DNA of 48,848 nt, taken from assembly GCA_030037395.1 (NCBI GenBank), contig JASHRJ010000110.1, positions 1 to 48,848 of the forward strand, in the 5' to 3' direction. Every line of letters begins with the position of its first letter. Position 1 is the stretch's first letter. Position numbers and translations under genes: made by a program. Under the pieces are notes generated by a model. That model was not told the origin of the DNA and searched no databases. It was given only the letters and a program-made list of their open reading frames with translations. Shown here piece by piece: positions 9,566 through 18,358 of the stretch. This DNA is from Thermoplasmata archaeon. Its GTDB lineage: Archaea; Thermoplasmatota; Thermoplasmata; Lutacidiplasmatales; UBA184.

Positions 9566-10276
9566 GTGGCGCGCGCACCGACGACCCGGCCTCGAACGGC
9601 CCCCGGCACCGCCGCCCGGCGACGGGGGGCCACGCTCGAGGAGGCCCTGCTCGAGGCGGCTTGGGCGGAGCTCCTGGAGGTGGGTTACCGAGACCTCACC
9701 ATGGAAGGGATCGCACGCCGGGCCGGCACGAGCAAACCCGTGATCTACCGGAGGTGGTCGAGTCGCGTGGAGGTGGTGATCGCCGCCTTGCGGAGGCGGA
9801 GGGGTTCCCTCGTCGACCGCCTCCCCGACACCGGCTCGCTACGGGAGGACACCCTGGCGGTGCTGCGACACATGACGAAGAGATTCTCGGAGATTCCCCC
9901 CGCGGCTCGCCGCGGGTTGATCGCCGAGGCCTTCGCTGAGGCGAGGCTTTTGGAGAACGATCCTGCGGGTGACGTCATGCCCAGGATCATGCTCCCCATT
10001 CTCGCCCGGGCGGCGGAACGCGGAGAGATTCCCCGAGCGACGCTCTCCCCCCGGATCGTGAGACTTCCCGCGGACCTCGTGCGCCATGAGATGATGGTCG
10101 CCGATGCCCCGGTCCCGGAGAGGGCGCTTGGGGAGATCGTCGACGAGATATTCCTCCCCCTGGTCCGAGCGCGGCCGCATCTGCGGAGCCAGGAGGCCTT
10201 CCTCCGGCGTGGGAGGCTCGGCCACGGCCCTCGGCCAGCTCTCGCCTGGACGGAGCCCGCGACGCGGAAGGCTTGA
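9566..10276 (+). CDS. TetR/AcrR family transcriptional regulator
   Basis: ALLEAAWAELLEVGYRDLTMEGIARRAGTSKPVIYRRW HTH; PDTGSLREDT; GGAGGTG RBS upstream. Confidence 0.94.
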   Translation: MARAPTTRPRTAPGTAARRRGATLEEALLEAAWAELLEVGYRDLTMEGIARRAGTSKPVIYRRWSSRVEVVIAALRRRRGSLVDRLPDTGSLREDTLAVLRHMTKRFSEIPPAARRGLIAEAFAEARLLENDPAGDVMPRIMLPILARAAERGEIPRATLSPRIVRLPADLVRHEMMVADAPVPERALGEIVDEIFLPLVRARPHLRSQEAFLRRGRLGHGPRPALAWTEPATRKA

Positions 10277-10376
10277 GGCTCGGCGGCGGACGAACCGTTC
10301 CTGCGCGATCGCCAGGTCCCGGGCAAGGCCGCCCGGGGCGGACGTTTTATAGCGAACGGCCGTCGGCGCCGACCCG

Positions 10377-10529
10377 ATGCCGTTCCCCGAGGCCGTCGAG
10401 CGGCTGCTCAACAAGAAGATCTGCATGAACTGCTCGGCGCGCAACCCGCCGCGCGCGGTGCAGTGCCGGCGCTGCGGCTACCACGGCCTGCGCGTCAAGT
10501 CCCGCGAGCGGTCGGGCAAGACCCAGTAG
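10377..10529 (+). CDS. rpl40e: 50S ribosomal protein L40e
   Basis: Below the ORF-track cutoff: [57 protein letters not shown] at 10345-10351. Confidence 0.96.
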   Translation: MPFPEAVERLLNKKICMNCSARNPPRAVQCRRCGYHGLRVKSRERSGKTQ

Positions 10530-10539
10530 CGCCCCTCGC

Positions 10540-11331
10540 TCAGGGCGGGAGCGACGGCCCTTCGCCCTGCGCGAACGGGATCGGGCGTCCCCGATGGGCC
10601 TCGCGCGCGAGGGCGAGCCGCTTGGTGAGCAGGAACCATAGGTTGCGGATCCCGTCCCGGCCGCTCTGGAGCTTCGGCGGGGTCGCCCGCTCCCCGTAGG
10701 CGATCGGCGTCTCCACGAACCGCAGCCCGCGGACGACCGCCTCGAGCTTCAGCTCCTCGCTGAACGGCATCCCGTCGGAGGCGAGGTGTACCCGGTCGAG
10801 GACCTCGCGACGGAACACCCAGAGGCCGCTCTGGCTGTCGACCAGGGTCCGCCCGGGAAGGTCGGAGACGTAGCGGTGGTAGGCGATCCGCACGAACAGG
10901 TTGAGCAGCCCGTTGCCGAACCGGTGCTCGGTCGTCATCGACCGGCGGGTCACCCGGGAGATCCGATCGCCGCTCAGGAAGTCGATCCCCTCGTCCAGGA
11001 CCCGCCGCGCCAAGGCCGGGATCGTTTCCACCGGGTACGTCCCGTCGCCGTCGGAGGTGGCGAGCAGCTCCCCGCGCGCCTCCCGGAACCCGGTCTTGTA
11101 GGCCCTGCCGTACCCCCGGCGCCGCTCGACCACGACGCGGGCCCCCTCCGCCGCGGCGATCGCGGCGGTCCGGTCCGTGGACGCCCCGTCCACCACCACG
11201 ACCTCCCAGTCGATCGGGCGGCCGGCGAGGATCGTCCGGTTCGCCTCCAGGGCCGCCCCTCGGAACCGCCGGACGACCTCCCCGATCGTCGGCGCCTCGT
11301 TGAGGGTCGGGATCACCAGCGAGCCGCGCAT
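10540..11331 (-). CDS. Glycosyltransferase family 2 (dolichol-phosphate sugar synthase-like)
   Basis: VIPTLNEA, VVVDGASTD, RGYGRA, SDGDGTYP, DSQSG. Confidence 0.92.
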   Translation of the reverse strand: MRGSLVIPTLNEAPTIGEVVRRFRGAALEANRTILAGRPIDWEVVVVDGASTDRTAAIAAAEGARVVVERRRGYGRAYKTGFREARGELLATSDGDGTYPVETIPALARRVLDEGIDFLSGDRISRVTRRSMTTEHRFGNGLLNLFVRIAYHRYVSDLPGRTLVDSQSGLWVFRREVLDRVHLASDGMPFSEELKLEAVVRGLRFVETPIAYGERATPPKLQSGRDGIRNLWFLLTKRLALAREAHRGRPIPFAQGEGPSLPP

Positions 11332-11389
11332 CCTCCCCCTCCGGAGCGCGTGGGTCGCTTAAGGGCGCCCGAGTTCTGCCGCCGCCGCC

Positions 11390-11833
11390 TTGGGACCCGC
11401 GCGGCGCGACCGGCCGGCCCGGCGATGGGGGCGGTTCCCGACCACCGCCGACGTGGGGCTCTGGGCGACCGGCCCGACCGCGCCGGCGCTGCTGGAAGGG
11501 CTCGGGCTCGCGCTCTACGGACTGTTCGCCGCGCCGTCGGGGGTGCGGCCCCGGCAGGAGCGGACGGTGCGGGCATCCGGCCGGGACGCTCCCGAGCTCG
11601 TCGTCGCCTTCCTCGGGGAGCTCCTCGCGCTCGTCGAGACCGACGCCTTCCTCGGCCGGCGCATCGACGCCCGGACCTCGGGCCCGGGGCCCCGCTCGGT
11701 CGTCGCCCGAGTGCGCGGGGAGCCGTTCGATCCCGCGCGCCACGTCGCGCGGACCGAGGTCAAGGCGATCACCTACCACGACCTCGTCTTCGACCCGCGC
11801 CGCGGGCGGGCCCGCGTGATCGTCGACCTGTAG
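11390..11833 (+). CDS. Archease
   Basis: TTADVGL at the N-terminus, GEPFD, EVKAITYHDL, C-terminal VIVDL. Confidence 0.92.
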   Translation: MGPARRDRPARRWGRFPTTADVGLWATGPTAPALLEGLGLALYGLFAAPSGVRPRQERTVRASGRDAPELVVAFLGELLALVETDAFLGRRIDARTSGPGPRSVVARVRGEPFDPARHVARTEVKAITYHDLVFDPRRGRARVIVDL

Positions 11834-11841
11834 GCGGTCCG

Positions 11842-12978
11842 CTACGGCATCCGGGCGACGACCTCGGTCATCGCCGCCCCCGGCCGTGGGAGCCGGCCGT
11901 GCTTGCCGAGGATCCGCTCGAGCGCCGCGAACGTGACCAGGAGGTCCGGCCAATCGGCGATCCCCATGTGGCCGAGACGGAAGATCTGCCCCACCAGCGA
12001 TCCCTGGCCGCCCTGGACGAGCACGTTGTACTCCCGCTCGAGCGCCTTGCGGAGCTGCGGGTCGCCGAGCCCGCTCGGGTTGCGGACCGCGGTGACGGTG
12101 TCCGAGGCGAACCGCGGGTCGGGGAACAGCTCGAGCCCGAGGGCTGCGACCGCCGCGCGGGCCGCCTCGGCGAGACGTCGGGTCCGGGCGAGACGGCCCT
12201 CGAGCCCCTCCTCCCGCAGGAGGACGAGCGCCTCCCGCAGCGCGAGGAACAGCGGCACCGCCGGGGTCCAAGGGGTGTCGTTCTTCTCCAACGAGGCAAG
12301 GTGCGCCGCGAGGTCGAGGTAGTACGTCCCGGGATGGAGGGCCGCCGCGGCGCGCTCGGAGAGGTGGACGAGGGCGAGGCCGGCCGGGGCGGCGAGGCCC
12401 TTCTGGCTGCCCGCGACGACCGCGTCGACCCCCCACGCCTCGATCGGCAGCGGGATGCCGGCGACCGCGCTGATCCCGTCCACGAGGAACAGGGCACCGG
12501 CGTGGCGGACGTGCGGCGCGATCGCCGCGAGGTCGTTCGCGAGGCCCACGCTCGTCTCGTTGTGCACGACGCAGACCGCGCGGACGTCTCCCGCCTCGAG
12601 CGCCGCGCGGACCTCCTCGACCGGGAGCCCCTTCCCCCACGGCGCGCGCACCGTGACGACGTGGCTCGCGTAGCGGCGGACGATCGCGTCGGTCCGGTCC
12701 CCGAAGTTTCCGTTGGCGACGACGACGGTCGTGCCGTCCTTGGGGACGAGCCCTGCGTACACCGCCTCGAGGCCGGCGGTGCCGCTCCCCGAGAGGACGG
12801 CCTGCCGCCCCTTCGCGCCGAAGGCGACCGGCAGGAGCTCCCGGATCTCCTGGACCACCCCGTGGAAGAACTCCCCGCGGTGGTTGAGCGACGGGGTCGC
12901 CATCGCGCGCAGGACCCGCGGGTGGATCCGGACCGGGCCGGCGATGAGGAACGTGGCCGTTTCGGGGTCGAACGTCAT
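11842..12978 (-). CDS. Class V PLP aminotransferase (serine-pyruvate/alanine-glyoxylate family; possible archaeal SerC)
   Basis: FLIAGPV, GSGTAGLEA, HNETSVG, VDGIS, GSQKGL (PLP Lys), TPWTP, FRLGHMG; 4-bp overlap with serA. Confidence 0.92.
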   Translation of the reverse strand: MTFDPETATFLIAGPVRIHPRVLRAMATPSLNHRGEFFHGVVQEIRELLPVAFGAKGRQAVLSGSGTAGLEAVYAGLVPKDGTTVVVANGNFGDRTDAIVRRYASHVVTVRAPWGKGLPVEEVRAALEAGDVRAVCVVHNETSVGLANDLAAIAPHVRHAGALFLVDGISAVAGIPLPIEAWGVDAVVAGSQKGLAAPAGLALVHLSERAAAALHPGTYYLDLAAHLASLEKNDTPWTPAVPLFLALREALVLLREEGLEGRLARTRRLAEAARAAVAALGLELFPDPRFASDTVTAVRNPSGLGDPQLRKALEREYNVLVQGGQGSLVGQIFRLGHMGIADWPDLLVTFAALERILGKHGRLPRPGAAMTEVVARMP

Positions 12979-13922
12979 CGGCCGTCTCCGGCCGGGGCGG
13001 GGACGGCCCCGCGCCGCTCGGCGAGCACTTTCAGCACTTCGGCGACGACCTCGGTGCCCGCGCGCCGCTGCGCCTCCTCGGTCGAGGCGCCGAGGTGCGG
13101 CGTCGCGATCACGCGCGGGTCGTCCAGCAGCTCGCGGCGCGTCGGCGGCTCGACCTCGAAGACGTCCAACGCGGCGCCGGCGAGGCGGCCTCCCCGCAGC
13201 GCCTCCAGCAGCGCCCGCTCGTCGACCAGGGCGCCCCGGGCGACATTGACGAGGTAGGAGCCCGGCCGCATCCGGGCGAACGCGGCCGCATCCAGGAGGT
13301 GCCGGTTCTCCGGCGTGAGGGCGGCGTGAACGCTGACGAGGTCCGCCTCGGCGAGGAGCCGGTCGAGCGGGAGCAGGGCCGTGCCGTCGTCCGTCGACCG
13401 GACGTACGGGTCGTAGGCGATCGCGCGCGCGCCGAACGGCCGGAGCCGGCGGGCGACTTCGCGGGCGATCCGGCCGTAGCCGACGAAGCCGACGGTCCGG
13501 CCCGCGAGCTCGTGGCCCCGGGTCGACCGGTCCCACCGGCCGGCCCGCACGCTCCCGATCGACGGGAGCAGCTGGCGGACCAGCAGGAGGTACAACGCGA
13601 CCGACAGCTCGGCGACGCTCGTCGTCGCGGCCTGCGGCACGTTGAGGACCCGGATCCCGCGGGCCCGGGCCGCCTCGAGGTCCACGTTGTCGAGCCCGAC
13701 CCCGGCGCGGGCGACCAAGCCGAGCCGCGGCGCCTTCGCGATCAGCTCCGCGGTGACCTTCGTCCGGCTCCGGACGATCAGGCCCCAGGCGGCCGCGAGG
13801 TGGCCGTCGAGCTCCGAGGGTACGCCGCTCGCATCGACCAGGCGGCACGGCCCCGCCGCCAGCGCCTCGAGCGCGGCCGGATCGATCGGGTCCGCGACGA
13901 CCACGACCGGCGGCTCCGGCAT
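12975..13922 (-). CDS. serA: D-3-phosphoglycerate dehydrogenase / D-2-hydroxyacid dehydrogenase
   Basis: VRSRTKVT, RAGVGLDNVD, GYGRIA, NVARGALVDE, LDVFEVEP, TPHLGASTEEAQ. Confidence 0.88.
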   Translation of the reverse strand: MPEPPVVVVADPIDPAALEALAAGPCRLVDASGVPSELDGHLAAAWGLIVRSRTKVTAELIAKAPRLGLVARAGVGLDNVDLEAARARGIRVLNVPQAATTSVAELSVALYLLLVRQLLPSIGSVRAGRWDRSTRGHELAGRTVGFVGYGRIAREVARRLRPFGARAIAYDPYVRSTDDGTALLPLDRLLAEADLVSVHAALTPENRHLLDAAAFARMRPGSYLVNVARGALVDERALLEALRGGRLAGAALDVFEVEPPTRRELLDDPRVIATPHLGASTEEAQRRAGTEVVAEVLKVLAERRGAVPAPAGDGR

Positions 13923-13945
13923 CGGCCGGCCGAGCGGGGCGGCGG

Positions 13946-14923
13946 TCAAAAGGGCTTTGCGCCGGCGGGCCCGCTGGGCGCCTTCGGCACCGCCGTCCGC
14001 TCGAGCGCGGTCCGCACGATCGCCTCCCCCCGGACCCCGCGGATCCACGGCTCCGGCTTCACGACGATGCGGTGCGCGAGCGCGGGCTCGGCGAACGCCT
14101 TCACGTCGTCCGGCACGACGAAGTCCCTCCCGCCGAGGAGGGCCCGGGCGCGCGCGAGCTTCTGGAGGGCGAGCGAGCCCCGCGGCGAGGCCCCGACCTC
14201 GGCTCGGGCGTCGTCCCGCGTGGCCCGAACGAGGTCGACGATGTAGCCGGCGACCGACGGATCGAGCTCCACGCGCTCCACCGCCAGCTGGAGCCCTCGG
14301 AACGTCGCGAGGTCGGTGACCGCCGGGGCGTCGACCCGGTCGTCAGTCCGCGCGCGGCGCCGGGCCAGGATCGTCCGCTCCTCGCCCGGGTCCGGGTAGC
14401 CGACCTTCAGCCGGAGCAGGAACCGGTCGACCTGGGCCTCGGGGAGCGGGTACGTCCCCTCCAGCTCGAGCGGGTTCTCGGTCGCCAGGACCAGGAACGG
14501 CCGAGGCAGCGCGTAGGTCGTCCGCTCGCTCGTCACCTGGTACTCCTGCATCGCCTCGAGCAGCGCCGACTGGACCTTCGGCGGCGCGCGGTTGATCTCG
14601 TCCGCGAGCAGGACGTTCGTGAACAGCGGCCCCGGGCGGAAGGTGAACCCGCCCTTGCTCCCGTCGAGGACCTCCCCGCCGGTGATGTCGTGCGGCAGGA
14701 GATCGGCCGTGAACTGGATGCGCTGGAACGCGAGACCGAGGGCGAGGGCGAACGAGCGCGCCATCAAGGTCTTGCCGAGCCCGGGGAGGTCCTCGATCAG
14801 GAGGTGGCCGTCGGCGACGAGCCCCGTCAGGATCATGTCGACCGGCCCGCCCCGGCCGACGACCGCCGTCCGCACCGACTGCCGGATCTTCTCGGCGAGC
14901 GCGGAGGCGTCCGTCGGGCTCAT
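13946..14923 (-). CDS. moxR: MoxR family AAA+ ATPase
   Basis: GHLLIEDLPGLGKT, RIQFTADLLP, LADEINRAPPKVQSALLEAMQE, EGTYPLPEAQVDRF. Confidence 0.96.
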   Translation of the reverse strand: MSPTDASALAEKIRQSVRTAVVGRGGPVDMILTGLVADGHLLIEDLPGLGKTLMARSFALALGLAFQRIQFTADLLPHDITGGEVLDGSKGGFTFRPGPLFTNVLLADEINRAPPKVQSALLEAMQEYQVTSERTTYALPRPFLVLATENPLELEGTYPLPEAQVDRFLLRLKVGYPDPGEERTILARRRARTDDRVDAPAVTDLATFRGLQLAVERVELDPSVAGYIVDLVRATRDDARAEVGASPRGSLALQKLARARALLGGRDFVVPDDVKAFAEPALAHRIVVKPEPWIRGVRGEAIVRTALERTAVPKAPSGPAGAKPF

Positions 14924-14980
14924 GCGGCTCCCCTCGCGGGCCCCGGACGCCGGCGGCTCATAAGGCGGCCGGCCCCCGGG

Positions 14981-15140
14981 GGGTATGCCCCGGCCGTAAC
15001 GAGCCGCGTCACCGTAGGCCGCTGCCCTCTCGGCGGTCTGACCCCGGCCGGGGTATCGGACGCCGGGGTTGTCCTCGCGTCAGTCTCGGCGGACGACCCG
15101 TCCGCATGGAGTCGGGAGGGACCCTTCGACGGCATCCGGG
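14981..15140 (-). ncRNA. Two-hairpin box H/ACA-like pseudouridylation guide RNA
   Basis: Two hairpins, each with a 9-bp basal stem, an internal pocket, a K-turn (CCGA ... NNUGACGC) and a 3' AUA box (15056-15054 and 14986-14984). Pockets are complementary to conserved 23S rRNA H92 and H69 sequences. Confidence 0.75.
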
Positions 15141-15182
15141 CCGCGGCCGCAGCCGCGCCGACCCGGCTAGGCGCCGGCGGAC

Positions 15183-15704
15183 CTAAGCGCTTCGGGGGGC
15201 GGCGACTCCCCCCTCCTCGTGGGCAAGTCGGACCGCGACCAGGAGCAGCGCGACCGCCACGAGACCGCCGGCGACCCCGACCCCGAGGTTCTGGGTCGGT
15301 ACCGCGAGCGCGATCGTCCCGGCGAGCGCGACCCCGACCCCGGCGGAGGCGACCGTCGGCAGGGCCCTCCGTCCTCCCCCCCGGGGCCGGGCCGGATCGT
15401 CGGCGAGCCACACCAGGAAGACGAGCCCGGCAAGACCGGCGAGCAGCTCGGAGGAAGGTGCCGGAGGGGCTGCCGCCGTGAGCGCCGCGAGCGCGACCAG
15501 CGCCGGGAGGGCGGTAACGGCGCCCGGCCTCCCGCCGCTCGCGCCCCGCCAAACGGAGGCGACGAGCACGCCGGCGACCCCCAGCGCCGGTCCTACGAGC
15601 ACGGGCAGCCCGCTGAGGAGGCCGAGGACCGCGGCCACGGCGGCGAACAGCCCGACGGTCGCCGCGCCGCCCCCCTTCGGTTCGTCCGCGGTCGGCTCGC
15701 TCAC
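15183..15704 (-). CDS. Hypothetical membrane protein of the MoxR/DUF58 cluster
   Basis: Hydrophobic multi-TM ORF; GTGA overlap with the DUF58 gene. Confidence 0.75.
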   Translation of the reverse strand: MSEPTADEPKGGGAATVGLFAAVAAVLGLLSGLPVLVGPALGVAGVLVASVWRGASGGRPGAVTALPALVALAALTAAAPPAPSSELLAGLAGLVFLVWLADDPARPRGGGRRALPTVASAGVGVALAGTIALAVPTQNLGVGVAGGLVAVALLLVAVRLAHEEGGVAAPRSA

Positions 15705-16993
15705 GCGGTCCTCCGACGTGCCGGCTGGCGCAGGAACCGGACGAGCCCGTCAAGCGACCAGTAGTCGTCCCAGTCGATCACCGGGCCGTACCTCCATAGC
15801 TCGGCGAGGCGCACCTGGCGCTCTAGGAGCAGCAGGCGACGCTCTAGGGCTAGGTCCGGATTCGCGGGACCGCGAGCCGGTACCCTCAGGGGGAGGTCCG
15901 ATGGACTGAGGAGGATCACCGGGAAGCCGCGCCGCCGGACGTACGGGACGAGGTCCGAGGCCGGGTCGCCGGTCCAGGAGGAGACCACGAGCGCCGTCAC
16001 CCCGGGCCGGTAGTACCGGCCGAGGCCGTTGGCGCACCGGGCCGCCGGGCCGGCGACCTCGGCCCGGCGGCTCGCGAGCACCGCCCGGAGGAGGCGGAGG
16101 CGGTGGGCACGGCCCGAGGCGATCGGGACCGGCTCGACGAACTCGCCGAACGACGCGAAGCCGATCCGCACCTTGCCGCGCAGGAACGACTCCGCGATGC
16201 CGTAGATCGCCGCCCGCGCGACCTCGAGGAGCTGCTCGTCCAGCTCCGGGCCCGCCGAGGTCGGACGGACGTCCAGGACGATGAGCAGATCCCCGGTCCG
16301 GTCCAGCAGGAAGTCGTTCGCCAGCAGGCGTCCGACCCGGGCGCTCGCCCTCCAGTTGATCCGGCGCGGCGGCTCGTCCGGGGCCGCCTCCCGGATCCCG
16401 AAGAACTCCCCGCTCGGCCCGAGCCGCCGGGAGCGCGTCTCCCCCGGCAGGAGGATCGTCTGGTCGAGGCGCACCGCCCCGACCCGGCGGAGCTCGGCAG
16501 GGTACCGCTCGATCACGAGCTCCGGGCGATCGCCGTCGAGCTCCCGCTCGCAGACGCCGATCGGATCCCTCCACACCACCGGCGGGGCGGCGATCGTGGT
16601 CACCGACGGCCGGGGAACGGTCCACGCCGCGGAGAACCTCAGCCCGCCGGCGTCACGGAGACAGCGGACCGGACGGCGCTCCCCGGCGCCGAACGGAGGG
16701 GCGAGCGGAACCACGAGGTCGGCGACCGCCTCCCCGAGCTCCCCCCGCACCTCGCCGGCGACCTCCAGCTCCGGGCCGAGCCCTCCGGCGTGCCAGGTGA
16801 GGTCGGCCCGAGCCCCGGTCCCCGGGCCGGTCGCGGCCGCGGCGAACGGGGCGATCAACAGCGGCAGCGCCAGGAACAGCGGTGCCGGGGATCGCAGGGC
16901 GACCGCCAGCGCGGCGAGGACCGCGCCTCCCCCGAGCAGGAGGAGCGCCCGCGACGTCCATCGCGAGGGCGACGGCGGAGCCGCGCCGCTCAT
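15701..16993 (-). CDS. DUF58 domain protein (VWA-like MoxR partner)
   Basis: GEFFGIREAAPDEPPRRINWRASAR, LLIVLDVRPT; N-terminal TM pair. Confidence 0.9.
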   Translation of the reverse strand: MSGAAPPSPSRWTSRALLLLGGGAVLAALAVALRSPAPLFLALPLLIAPFAAAATGPGTGARADLTWHAGGLGPELEVAGEVRGELGEAVADLVVPLAPPFGAGERRPVRCLRDAGGLRFSAAWTVPRPSVTTIAAPPVVWRDPIGVCERELDGDRPELVIERYPAELRRVGAVRLDQTILLPGETRSRRLGPSGEFFGIREAAPDEPPRRINWRASARVGRLLANDFLLDRTGDLLIVLDVRPTSAGPELDEQLLEVARAAIYGIAESFLRGKVRIGFASFGEFVEPVPIASGRAHRLRLLRAVLASRRAEVAGPAARCANGLGRYYRPGVTALVVSSWTGDPASDLVPYVRRRGFPVILLSPSDLPLRVPARGPANPDLALERRLLLLERQVRLAELWRYGPVIDWDDYWSLDGLVRFLRQPARRRTA

Positions 16994-17388
16994 CGGGACC
17001 GTTCGATGGCGTCGAGCCGGCGGCCGACGTACTGGCGGAACTCCTCGGTCGGCAGCCCGACCAGCTCTCCGATATCCTCGCCCGGCCGGGCCGGCAGATC
17101 CGGTCGAAGGGTGTACCGCTCGAGTCGGTCGAGCCGGAGGACGAGGTCCTCGCGGTACAGCTCCCCGGCGGAGCGGCGAGCGGCGGAGGGCGGGAGGTCA
17201 CCGGCCAGGGCGACCGGGTGGGCGGGAGCCCGGCGCGCGGTCCGCAGCGCGTCGACGACCGCGACCAGCGCCGCCCCGCAGCCCGCCGTGGTGATCGGCA
17301 GCGCGATCGCCTCCTGGCCGCGATAGAACACCGCGACCCCGACGGCAACGGCCGCCACGATCCCCCAGCCGACGACCGCCGCCCTCAT
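16990..17388 (-). CDS. Hypothetical membrane protein
   Basis: MRAAVVGWGIVAAV...; ATGA overlaps with both neighbours. Confidence 0.72.
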   Translation of the reverse strand: MRAAVVGWGIVAAVAVGVAVFYRGQEAIALPITTAGCGAALVAVVDALRTARRAPAHPVALAGDLPPSAARRSAGELYREDLVLRLDRLERYTLRPDLPARPGEDIGELVGLPTEEFRQYVGRRLDAIERSR

Positions 17389-18287
17389 GCCGCACGCCCC
17401 GCCAGGTCCCGTTCGAGGGCGCGGATCGCCTCCCGGCAGCGCGCCGCCGCCTCCGGGCCGAGGGGGTGCGACGAGTACCGGGCCTCCTCGAAGAGGCGGG
17501 CGATCGCCTCCGACGCCGCGGGGGTCACGCCGAAGCGGGAGAGCGACGCGAGATGGATCTCCTGGGCGGTCATCGGCCCGAGGTCCCCGACGCGCGGGCC
17601 GAGGGCCCCGAGCAAGCGCAGGTAGAGGGCGACGATCGTCGCCCGGGGATCCTCGCCGCGATCGATCGCGCGTTCGGCGTCCGCCAGGGCCGCGCCGATC
17701 GCCGCCGGCGCCGGGGGCGCGGCGCCGGTCGCGGGGGGCCGCGCGCGGCGGTCGACCATCCACGAGAGGACCCCGGGCATCGCCAGCACGGCCACGGCCC
17801 CAACGGTGACGGCGACGATCGCTTCGAGCGTCCAGGACGGAAGCCGGAGGGTGGGGCTTCCGCCCGGCGACGTGCCGTTGCCGGGGTGGGAGGAGTTGTT
17901 GGCCGGCGTCGTGTTGTTCGCCGGGGTGGTCGAGTTCGTGGGACCCCCGGGGGTGGTGTAGGTGACGGTGCCGGAGCCGCCGACGCCGTGCACGAGCAGG
18001 TACGCGAACAGGATCCCGACGACGAGCAGGAGGACCAGCGGGAGCACCCCGATCCCCAGCGAGGGACCGGTCGCCCGGCGGAAGAGGAGGGACGCGAGGC
18101 CGACGAAGAGGGGGCTCAGCAGGAGCAGGCCCCACACCTCCGCCGGGAGGCTGATCACCAGCGAGCCGTCCCGGGCCGGCGGGGCGGCGGGGGCGCTCCC
18201 GAGGAGCAGCACCGTGGCGAAGCCGACGAGGAGCGCGAGCCCGAGCGCCATCGCCAAGGCCGGGAGGCGGACTGAGGAGAGGGCCAT
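17385..18287 (-). CDS. DUF4129 domain membrane protein
   Basis: TM helices, Thr/Asn-rich linker, C-terminal DPRATIVALY...MTAQE...LFEEARYSSH. Confidence 0.85.
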   Translation of the reverse strand: MALSSVRLPALAMALGLALLVGFATVLLLGSAPAAPPARDGSLVISLPAEVWGLLLLSPLFVGLASLLFRRATGPSLGIGVLPLVLLLVVGILFAYLLVHGVGGSGTVTYTTPGGPTNSTTPANNTTPANNSSHPGNGTSPGGSPTLRLPSWTLEAIVAVTVGAVAVLAMPGVLSWMVDRRARPPATGAAPPAPAAIGAALADAERAIDRGEDPRATIVALYLRLLGALGPRVGDLGPMTAQEIHLASLSRFGVTPAASEAIARLFEEARYSSHPLGPEAAARCREAIRALERDLAGRAA

Positions 18288-18358
18288 CGGAACCCCCGTG
18301 CCGGGTACCGTCGAGGCGAGGGATAACCCCTTGCGGCGGGGGGCGCCGGCCGGGCCCG

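Noticed and set aside
15010-15050. SRP RNA helix-8 resemblance (GGUCAGACCGCCGAGAGGGCAGC on the minus strand)
   Set aside because: It lacks the CAGG/symmetric-loop geometry and the region is too short for a 7S RNA. The K-turn/H-ACA model explains the same bases better.
15047-15140. HDV-like ribozyme on the plus strand (UCCUCGC loop)
   Set aside because: P2 cannot be placed adjacent to P3 and there is no convincing J4/2 strand.
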